From an uncultured bacterium (GTDB taxonomy: Bacteria; Chloroflexota; Anaerolineae; B4-G1), in NCBI GenBank assembly GCA_965612745.1, contig CBFDTD010000005.1, positions 498 to 64,497 on the forward strand: 64,000 nucleotides of DNA. Direction: 5' to 3'. A program made the position numbers and the translations under genes. Under the pieces are notes generated by a model. That model ran no database searches and was not told the origin of the DNA. It was given only the letters and a program-made list of their open reading frames with translations. Shown here in pieces: positions 46,300 through 54,614 of this stretch (position 1 is the first letter of the stretch; the number at the start of each line of letters is the position of its first letter).

Positions 46300-49200
46300 T
46301 CATCCCAGAAACGCTGGCTGCCCCTCAAGGCGGCGCAGCGCATCTTCGACAACCAGATGCATCACGATCCCCAGTTCCTGTTTTCGGGTGTCACGGTTTT
46401 CCTGGAGTGCTCTGGCCCGCTCCAGCGCCTGCCCTAACGTGACCATCGCCGCACGTCGTGCCTCACCGTTCGACGATCCTATACCTTTACCTTCCAGCGC
46501 CGCCTCCACCGTTTCTGCAAGGTCACCCTGTTCGGCAAGCACAAAGGTAACCGCCGCCTCCCATAACGATGGAGGCTCATCCCGTGCTTCGGTCAGCGGC
46601 GCCGGTTCCATCTCTGGCAGAGCCAGCACCATCTGCAGCAAGGGAGCACGACCGCCGCGCTCCACGCTGTTCACTCTGACCCACCCATAGGCATAAGCCA
46701 GCCAGAAGGCTCGGGCGCGTCGCTCGTCCTCCAGCGTCAGGCAGGTATATGGCGAAAAGAAGCGCAGCGCCAAACCGATCTCGGATAGCAGTCCCTCGTA
46801 GAGGACCGCGTTCGTCTCCGCCGGAAAGACTTGAAGGGCGGCTCGTTTCTGGCTTCTTATTTCACGATACGCCTCCCGCGCCTGAGACCAGGAAGGCAAC
46901 CCCCTTGTGCGCAATAGATCCAGCGAGGCCAGCGCGACACAGCGATGGGGATGCTGAATATGTGCCAGTTGCTCGCTGTGCACCTGCGCTACCGGAGCGC
47001 GGAGGTGTTGCAGAACCTGCTCGAAATGAGCGGACTGCCCGCCACCGGCAATGCCGACGAACCGATGGGCTTCACTGATCGGTTGCTCATAGGGCACTGT
47101 ACGGATCAACGGTGCCGAACCGGGCCCACACTCCTCCGCTATGGCCTGCGGTGCACACAGTTCGGCCAATACATCTGCTATCTGTAAGGAGCGCAACACA
47201 CTGCCATACGCCCTGCCTATGTCGAGCATCGCAGCCTCGGCCATTTCCGCGTCCGCATAATCTACCTCCCAGGGTTGGCTCCCGTACAGGGATAAACGCC
47301 ACGTGTTGTCATCGGCGTAGCGCCAGACGAACCGAGTACGCAGGTCTTCCTTCAACAGCGGCGCAATGTAGCGCCGATAGAGTGCTTCCTCAATCTCTAT
47401 ATCGTCCAGGTATTTTCGCACACAGATTGCCCGTCGGGCTTGGCGCCGCTCGGCCAGGGCCGCAGCACGCTCCTCAGCACGCACCTTGATCTGGGCCAAC
47501 ACGTCTTGCCAGCGTGCCAATGGCTCTCTCGTCCGCTGGACGATTTGTGACCACTCCTCGACGATCCGTGACCAGGCGGTGCACAAGCGCACCTCAATCT
47601 CGGCCCTCAAGCGTGACTGTTCGGCTATCAGGTATTCTGCCTGCAAGCGAACCAATTGTGGCTTTCTGAAAAGCGCTCGCCAGGAGAGCCACGCGCCCCC
47701 GGCTACGGCCAACGCCGCTACCCCGCCCAACAAGGTAGACAGAGTGGGCAAAGCCAAGCCGGCCAACCCCAGGCCGACAACAACTGCGCCGGCGGGGATC
47801 AAGCCAGATAGCAGGGCCCGCCGCAGTCGAGGGTGTCGCAGCCGGCTGCCCTCTGCCGCCTTCTGCAGCGCCTCGCGCACCTTCTGGGCCTGTGCTTCTT
47901 CCTCGCGCAGCGCTGCCTCTCGCCCCTGCACCACCGCGTTCACAAGGTCCTGATACGCAGCCACAACCTCCTCAAGAACTTGTAAGAAATCACAGCCAAC
48001 AACAGGGCCATACTCCTTCGGACTTTCATGCGTTGGATTTGGATTGAGCAACTGTGTCAGATGCTCTACCAACAGACGCTGGAAGATCACCCGCTGGCCT
48101 TCGGCGCAGGCCTGAAGATACGGTTCCAGTGCTGACAGACGCTCACGGACTTGTCCAACTTCATCGAATATTCTGGCCACGTCCTTCCCATAGTCCCCGG
48201 CACGTGCTTCTATGCTGGTTTGCACTGCCTCGAGCAGCCCGGTGCTCGCCAGCCCGCGCAGGACCGTGAGTGTCTCCTGCGTCGTTTCTTCTCCTGGGAA
48301 CGGAGACAGAAGCGCGGCCAGTTCGACGCTCATTGCGTTGGCCTGTGATATGGCCTGCTCGGGCGGCATCTCGACCCGTTGTGCCAGGTCACGGATCAGC
48401 GCCGTATTCGGAACTCCGCTCGGTGAGGCGGACTGGGACAGGAACGCGATGACCTGAGCGCGCGCCTCGGAGAGACCACCCTCCTGTTGCCCATCGAGCA
48501 TCTGCCCGACCAGGCGCAAAGCAACGGTTTCCACCAGATCCTTCACCGGAAGTATGTACGTGAAGACACCGAGGCTCTCATACAACGCCTCCTGCCGTTC
48601 ATACTGCCGCCGGTTCAGGCGCTCGCTCACCGCTTGTGCGACCACCTCCCATGCATTATGAAACGTTGGGTCTGCCAGCGCGACGATTACGTCCGCGATG
48701 GCAGGATACAGGCCCCACTCAAGCGGTATGCCACCCAGGCTCGGTTTGCCTTCCCGGTCGGTGCTGAAGAGGTAGCAGCGCTCAAACAACTTCCCCTTGC
48801 GCCAGGTGACCTCCTTGCCGTAAGAGATGGGATAGGCATGTTCGAACACCAACTGGAAGCGATCCAGTTCACGCCACGCGGCGGCGGCTGTACGCTGCAA
48901 TTTCACCATGGCGGCCAGGTCTATGCCCATAGAATGTGCTTCCGGCAAGACCAGTAGCCCGTGTACCACAAACGATGGGACCTCTAACGCCTGTGCTTGC
49001 CGCCGCACCAAATGCGCGATGTCGGCCAGTAAGCCGCTCCCTGTTGCACCGGCCAGCGAAGCGACGATATAAATCGTCAGTCGGTCATCAGGCTTCAGGC
49101 AGAACGCCTTCAACTCCGCCGCCAGACGTTCCTCCACCTTATGCCGATGGGCCACGAGTGCCAGGCGGCACAGCATCCGACGAAGCCCTCCGTCCTGCTG

Positions 49201-50832
49201 GCTATGGGAGTTAGGGAAACCCTCATCTGCCTGACCGAGCTGCGCAAACAAGCGGTGCACTGAAGCGTCAACAGGCAGGGATAGTGAATCGGCGGGCTCG
49301 GGATAGAGTGCTGCGGGCTCCGTATCTATCGCGAGCAGCCGCACAGTAGGTGGTAACTCGTCGCCGTACGCTTCGCGCAGCGTCTCGCGAAGTGTTTGTA
49401 AAACCCCTGCTCCTGTTCCCCCAAGACCGATCACCAGCGTGGGATTAAGCCGTGCGTCGAACTTGAAGCACGCAAGAGGAAGAGTAGGAGGAACCGATGG
49501 TTGCGGAATCGGCGCCCACCGGCCGGTATCCAGACCCGGTGCTGAGATCGCTCCGATCTGCGGGTGACGCCAGGCCTTGCGTGCCTGCTCTCTACGTCGC
49601 CACAACACCCACAGCAAGAGAGCCAAAAGCGGTAAGAGTAGCAGCAGCAAGCACACCCACCACGGCAATCCCAGCACTGTGCAGGGCCACGTGAGCCCTC
49701 CCAGACACAGCAGGCTGGAGATACAATCGTTGCTCAGCGGTTCGTCCGCACAGGGCGAAACAGTCGGCACCGGTATGGGCGTAGCGACAACCACATCAGT
49801 GACGATGAGGGTCGGACCGGGGCCGTGGGCGAGGCTGTACTGCTGGTCTCCACACAGGATGTAACTGACATCGGTTGACAGTGTGGATGGGAACTCACCG
49901 GCCCGTGTGGTGCGCACGCGAAAACTGAGAGTCTGCTGCTGTCCCGGAGCCAGCACGTCCAGTGTCCAGGTAATGTGATTTCCACTCACGATGCCCATGG
50001 GTGAGAGACTGTCGCTCACGAGTTCGAGCATCGCGTCATCGTAGATTGTGTGGAGTATAACGTTCGAAGCCTTCGCAGCCTCGATCTGTACCCGGATCGT
50101 TTCGTAAATTTCAACCAAATCCGCCGCTGTCGGCGCGTGATAGTAACACAGAGATGAGGACGCCAGGTTCTGCATCAACACCTGATCGGCATCGCTTCCC
50201 AGGCTGATCGTGTAGATGGCAATCCCTTGCTCCTTCGCCTGCTCCGCGCTTTGTTGGGCAGGCGTCCAGTCGCTTTGTCCATCGGACAGAAGCACGATGT
50301 TAGCCGTTGCCGACGGTCGCCGCGCCCCCCCACTCAGTACTCGCACGGCTTCCGAAAGCCCCGCTGCAATGTCGGTTCCATCTATCGTGGAAAGGCTCTC
50401 GATAGCCCGGCGAGCGACCTCCGCACGCTGTGTAAGCCCTTGCACAGTGAAGGCCGTGTCGGAGAACGCCACCACTGCCACCTGATCGGTGCTCAGGTCT
50501 ACATTGGCTATGAATTGCAGGGCAGCCCGCTGCGCAGCCGCCAGCTTGTCCTCGTCATCCATGCTGGTGGAGACGTCCATCACTAAGACGATATCGGCCT
50601 GTTGAGGCTCCGTCCCCATGCACGTTCCGGCCTCCTGCCCCGTCAGTGTGAACGTGATCCACGCTTCCTCCCCAACCTTCAATTCCGTCGGAGAGGCCGA
50701 CTGAGCGAGGACAACGGCCTCACCGGCCTCCTGAGCCGCACCATAGGCAACCGGCAGGCACAGGCTAAAAATGACAAGTAAGAAGACGCTGGCATACTGC
50801 CTCATATGACATATGGTGATCGGCATACACAT
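46300..50832 (-). CDS. vWA (extracellular) - TM - tubulin/FtsZ-like (Tubulin_2) fusion protein
   Basis: Signal peptide; DIVLVMDVSTSM MIDAS; LLSDG; TM; LVIGLGGTG, LLAIDT, ASLAGATGSG, RELD. Start may be 50805. Confidence 0.85.
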   Translation of the reverse strand: MCMPITICHMRQYASVFLLVIFSLCLPVAYGAAQEAGEAVVLAQSASPTELKVGEEAWITFTLTGQEAGTCMGTEPQQADIVLVMDVSTSMDDEDKLAAAQRAALQFIANVDLSTDQVAVVAFSDTAFTVQGLTQRAEVARRAIESLSTIDGTDIAAGLSEAVRVLSGGARRPSATANIVLLSDGQSDWTPAQQSAEQAKEQGIAIYTISLGSDADQVLMQNLASSSLCYYHAPTAADLVEIYETIRVQIEAAKASNVILHTIYDDAMLELVSDSLSPMGIVSGNHITWTLDVLAPGQQQTLSFRVRTTRAGEFPSTLSTDVSYILCGDQQYSLAHGPGPTLIVTDVVVATPIPVPTVSPCADEPLSNDCISSLLCLGGLTWPCTVLGLPWWVCLLLLLLPLLALLLWVLWRRREQARKAWRHPQIGAISAPGLDTGRWAPIPQPSVPPTLPLACFKFDARLNPTLVIGLGGTGAGVLQTLRETLREAYGDELPPTVRLLAIDTEPAALYPEPADSLSLPVDASVHRLFAQLGQADEGFPNSHSQQDGGLRRMLCRLALVAHRHKVEERLAAELKAFCLKPDDRLTIYIVASLAGATGSGLLADIAHLVRRQAQALEVPSFVVHGLLVLPEAHSMGIDLAAMVKLQRTAAAAWRELDRFQLVFEHAYPISYGKEVTWRKGKLFERCYLFSTDREGKPSLGGIPLEWGLYPAIADVIVALADPTFHNAWEVVAQAVSERLNRRQYERQEALYESLGVFTYILPVKDLVETVALRLVGQMLDGQQEGGLSEARAQVIAFLSQSASPSGVPNTALIRDLAQRVEMPPEQAISQANAMSVELAALLSPFPGEETTQETLTVLRGLASTGLLEAVQTSIEARAGDYGKDVARIFDEVGQVRERLSALEPYLQACAEGQRVIFQRLLVEHLTQLLNPNPTHESPKEYGPVVGCDFLQVLEEVVAAYQDLVNAVVQGREAALREEEAQAQKVREALQKAAEGSRLRHPRLRRALLSGLIPAGAVVVGLGLAGLALPTLSTLLGGVAALAVAGGAWLSWRALFRKPQLVRLQAEYLIAEQSRLRAEIEVRLCTAWSRIVEEWSQIVQRTREPLARWQDVLAQIKVRAEERAAALAERRQARRAICVRKYLDDIEIEEALYRRYIAPLLKEDLRTRFVWRYADDNTWRLSLYGSQPWEVDYADAEMAEAAMLDIGRAYGSVLRSLQIADVLAELCAPQAIAEECGPGSAPLIRTVPYEQPISEAHRFVGIAGGGQSAHFEQVLQHLRAPVAQVHSEQLAHIQHPHRCVALASLDLLRTRGLPSWSQAREAYREIRSQKRAALQVFPAETNAVLYEGLLSEIGLALRFFSPYTCLTLEDERRARAFWLAYAYGWVRVNSVERGGRAPLLQMVLALPEMEPAPLTEARDEPPSLWEAAVTFVLAEQGDLAETVEAALEGKGIGSSNGEARRAAMVTLGQALERARALQENRDTRKQELGIVMHLVVEDALRRLEGQPAFLG

Positions 50833-50863
50833 ATCACTTCACAGAAAACTGCTGCATGCCCTA

Positions 50864-50901
50864 GGATGGGCTGGCAAGTATGAGCACCTGCCAGCCCATC
50901 C
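50864..50901. other. Strong intergenic hairpin between the two tubulin-like genes
   Basis: GGATGGGCTGGCA-12 nt-TGCCAGCCCATCC, perfect 13-bp stem, no U-tract. Confidence 0.7.
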
Positions 50902-50911
50902 GAGAGGCCGA

Positions 50912-53900
50912 CTATACGGCAATCTCTTCCAATCGCTCGATCTCGTCCCAGAGAATCAGATGCATCACGGAGTAGAGATCCCGCGTAAGTTGGTCAGGGC
51001 GTTTGTCCTCATCCATCTGCTCGATGAAATCCAGACGGTGGTATGGCTCGATCTTGCTGCGAATATAACGTTCTAACCGTCGTACCAGTTGGCGATGCCC
51101 TCCTGCCTGGATACGATCGCCGGCGAATTCTCTCAGAACCTCCAGAATCTTTTCGGACAACTCGGCACGATATTGTTCGATGTAGCAGTCCTCGTTGTCA
51201 TCTAAGAATCGCTCCAGCCGCTCTCGGAGCACATCTTCGTCACCCCGCTTGACCCAGCGCTCGTTCTCGGCCACAAAGCGGCGGAAAGCGCCCGGCAGCA
51301 CCGCGTCACCTATTGAAGTCAGGATATCACTCCAGCCTTTCATGCGCTCCTTAAATTCGTCCACCACGGCCTCCCGTCCGCTGGTGATCGAATCCCGGCG
51401 TAGCAGAAGTGCACGGTCTACTCGCTCCGGTTCCACCCGGATATCCACTCCCGGTGTGACATCCGCAATCCGTTTGCGCCCCGTCTCTTGGTCAATGCGC
51501 GGATAGACAAACGTCGTCATGGCATCCAACAACCGAGTGTTGCCGGGTTCCGTCAGACGTATTACGAACGTCGGATCGTGCCGCCGGGTGCGATCCAGGC
51601 GCAATACATATTGATTCTTTCCGGGAGCGCTTGGCGCCTCTTCGATGCGCACCAGATCATAGAACATCGCGAGGGTGAAACGACGCGCCATCTCCTTGTC
51701 CTCCAGCAATGCAACGAGCGCGGGTGAGAGCAACCGCTGTGTTTGATGCAACGGGTACTTTTTCAAACGTTGCTCGTACCAACTGGCGTTGACCTCGGCG
51801 GGAAAGCAGTGCAGCAACCGCCGGTCACCGGTGTATTCGCTGTATGCCCTGGCGGCGATCTGATATGGAGTCGTCTTGTTGCCGGCCAGCACATCGGTGG
51901 TGGACAGCACGATGCAACGATGTTTGTTGCTGAGACCAATGATCTGGTTTTCTCTCGCATTTGGGGCGCTGGCTGCTAGTTCTGCCCCCAACGCGTTGAA
52001 ATACGGCACGTGCACACCTTGATTCACGCACACGAAGTTACGCTGTCCGGCCCGTCCCTGCTCACGCGGGTCGTAGGAGATCAACGCGCCTGAGTTGTCG
52101 AGCATCTCCTTGGCCGCGCGCGCAGGGGTCTTGAGATCCTCCAGGCGACCGGCCACGGTCTCATTCTGGATATCCATAAAGTAGGGGCGCATCCTGTTAA
52201 CCAGGAAACGCGCGTTGATGGCGGTTGCGGGCTCCTCCCGTGAGGGCTGAACCGCCAGTGCCTCGTTGCCGTACAGCAAATCTAACCGGAAGCCATCCTC
52301 GCCACTGCTCAGCGTCCAGCGGAACCGGCGCAGAATCTCTTTCCACTTGTCTTCATCCAGATACTTCCGGTACAACTCGTCCTCATATTTGTCGTCGGTC
52401 AGGTACTCATAGACCTTGATGCGGCGCTGTTCCTCGCGACGACGCTGTAACTGCTCCTGCTCTTCAACCAGCCGCCGGTACACCCCTTGCTCTCCACTGC
52501 CCACCGGCCCACCTAACGCCAGGATACCGATCCAATGGTCAACCTGTGCCTTTGCATTTTGTGTAACCGCTTTGAAGGACTCGGCCAGGTCAATTACTGC
52601 CCGTAGCAGCACCTCCTGACGCTCCAGATCAAGCAGATAGTTCTCGGCGGCAATGTACTCATCTTGAGAACGTACTGCCGTGTGGCGTAGCCGGTCAAGC
52701 AACCCGGTGGCATCACGGTTGTCGAGCATGACCTGCTTTGTCACCGCCACGTCATCGCGGGCCAGGGCCACTTCGTTATCGGCCGTCCAGACCTTGACCA
52801 CTTCGCGCATGAAACTCGCGAACTCGTCGAAACTCTGAATGACCCATCCCAGCCATTCCTGCACGTAGGGCAACTTCCCCTGTTTGGCGATCAGCGGATC
52901 GTCAGTGACGCCATTGAGCAGATCGGTCATTCTCTCTGCCAGTAGGTTGCGGAAACGTTGCACGTTGCGGTTCTTGTAGGTTTCCAATCCCTTCTGAAGT
53001 TCACCGGGCACTTTGCGTCCGCCGGCTTCCTCCCGGCCAAGCAGTCGTTCGCGGACTCTCTGCACGTCCCGAGCGATCCGATCGGCGGCGGAGTGGAAAT
53101 CATCTCGATAGACTTTGCTGTTCTGCACTTCGGCGATCATTGAGATTTCCATTGCCTTCTGGATGTCATTGGCCGTCTGGGCGATGACATCGTCTTGCTC
53201 GACCGGCAGCACCCAGTTGATTAACTCAACTCCCAGTGCTGCAATGTCGCGTACATATTCAGGGTCTCGAGTGCGGCCGGAGCCCAGCACCTCTACAACC
53301 TGCTGGTTAAAGTGCAGGTTCAACGTGCCGGCCCGGGACTTGTTCATTGAAAGAAAATCAATTGCCTCCTCGCGTGGCGGGTTACGGTTCTCACGGTTTC
53401 CCGCGCTACTGACGCTCAAAGCACCGGCGGCATCCTCCTCGATGGTGAGCAGCCGGTCTCGCAGAAATTCCAGTGCGAGTTTGTATGTGTTGCGTTCGAT
53501 AATATCCACCACCGGCAGGATAAAGGTATAGGTACCCAGGCTGCTGTACAGGGCCGTCCCTGCTTCCTGAGGAGATCTGGCGATCTCCTGCTGCGCCTTT
53601 GCAATCTCGTTGGCTACGTTCTTGTAATGCTGTGCGAAGGCATCACCGGTTGCCGGGTCCAGCAGCGCCGTCATACACTCTGCTACGGCCGGAAAGACCC
53701 CGAATTTGGGAGTCACCCCTTTCAAGCTCAACCTGGGGCGCACAGAGTCGATCAAGTAGCAACTGTCAAACAGTTTGCTGGTGTGGATGCTATGGTACAC
53801 GGCTAAAGGCTCCCTGTGCTCCTCCGTGTAGTAGATAGGGTACTCACGATCGAAGACCAACGAGAAACGGTCCAGTTCCCGCATAGCAGCGAAGGCGTTG

Positions 53901-54604
53901 GGCATAATGTCCTGGATGTCAATCACTGGCTCAAACGTGTTCTGAAGCACGATGAAGCCCCGGATGGCAAAGTGGATTCCGGCGCGTTCGGCCAGTTTGC
54001 GGGCAATGTGCGCGATGTCAATGAACATGCCGGAGCCGGTACCACCGGCAATTGAGCACGTGATGTAAATCTCAACCGGCTGCTGCCTTCCCGTGGCATT
54101 GAGCACCTCGGTGATGGCCGTTTCAATCTTACCCAGAATCTTGGGGGTTCCGGTGGCAAGATCGTAGAACACCGCCATCCGGCCAAACGGCCGGCGTTGG
54201 CCAGCACCCTTGGAGATTTCATACGCATCGTCGGGGTAATAATCCTGGTAGATATCACCCTGTAGCCACGAACCGATGTGTGGGAAGGTGATGCGCTTGC
54301 CGGTCTGGGGATCTGTCAGTTTACCTGCAATACCCTGGCAGATCTTTTTTATGTTACCTCCCAGATAGACGAATTCACCCGTACTCAAGGTCACGTTGCC
54401 GACCTGGGCCCGTTCCTCCTCCAATTTACTCCCCGCTTCAACGGCGGCCTCCGTCTTCTCACCAGTCGTGTCGAAGGCGAGTAGCCTGACCATGGGGGGA
54501 ACCTCGCCGTAGGTGTCCAGCAGGTTCTTCTTGAGATAAGTGAGCACCCACTGCCCGGTGCCTCCCAGGCCGATCACAACAGCAGGATTTGCAACTGCAG
54601 CCAT
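50912..54604 (-). CDS. Tubulin/FtsZ-like (Tubulin_2 family) protein with long helical C-terminus
   Basis: VVIGLGGTG, LLAFDT, GAGQRRPFGR, CSIAGGTGSGMFID, NAFAAMRELD; RBS GGAGGAGG. Confidence 0.9.
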   Translation of the reverse strand: MAAVANPAVVIGLGGTGQWVLTYLKKNLLDTYGEVPPMVRLLAFDTTGEKTEAAVEAGSKLEEERAQVGNVTLSTGEFVYLGGNIKKICQGIAGKLTDPQTGKRITFPHIGSWLQGDIYQDYYPDDAYEISKGAGQRRPFGRMAVFYDLATGTPKILGKIETAITEVLNATGRQQPVEIYITCSIAGGTGSGMFIDIAHIARKLAERAGIHFAIRGFIVLQNTFEPVIDIQDIMPNAFAAMRELDRFSLVFDREYPIYYTEEHREPLAVYHSIHTSKLFDSCYLIDSVRPRLSLKGVTPKFGVFPAVAECMTALLDPATGDAFAQHYKNVANEIAKAQQEIARSPQEAGTALYSSLGTYTFILPVVDIIERNTYKLALEFLRDRLLTIEEDAAGALSVSSAGNRENRNPPREEAIDFLSMNKSRAGTLNLHFNQQVVEVLGSGRTRDPEYVRDIAALGVELINWVLPVEQDDVIAQTANDIQKAMEISMIAEVQNSKVYRDDFHSAADRIARDVQRVRERLLGREEAGGRKVPGELQKGLETYKNRNVQRFRNLLAERMTDLLNGVTDDPLIAKQGKLPYVQEWLGWVIQSFDEFASFMREVVKVWTADNEVALARDDVAVTKQVMLDNRDATGLLDRLRHTAVRSQDEYIAAENYLLDLERQEVLLRAVIDLAESFKAVTQNAKAQVDHWIGILALGGPVGSGEQGVYRRLVEEQEQLQRRREEQRRIKVYEYLTDDKYEDELYRKYLDEDKWKEILRRFRWTLSSGEDGFRLDLLYGNEALAVQPSREEPATAINARFLVNRMRPYFMDIQNETVAGRLEDLKTPARAAKEMLDNSGALISYDPREQGRAGQRNFVCVNQGVHVPYFNALGAELAASAPNARENQIIGLSNKHRCIVLSTTDVLAGNKTTPYQIAARAYSEYTGDRRLLHCFPAEVNASWYEQRLKKYPLHQTQRLLSPALVALLEDKEMARRFTLAMFYDLVRIEEAPSAPGKNQYVLRLDRTRRHDPTFVIRLTEPGNTRLLDAMTTFVYPRIDQETGRKRIADVTPGVDIRVEPERVDRALLLRRDSITSGREAVVDEFKERMKGWSDILTSIGDAVLPGAFRRFVAENERWVKRGDEDVLRERLERFLDDNEDCYIEQYRAELSEKILEVLREFAGDRIQAGGHRQLVRRLERYIRSKIEPYHRLDFIEQMDEDKRPDQLTRDLYSVMHLILWDEIERLEEIAV

Positions 54605-54614
54605 TTTCCTCCTC

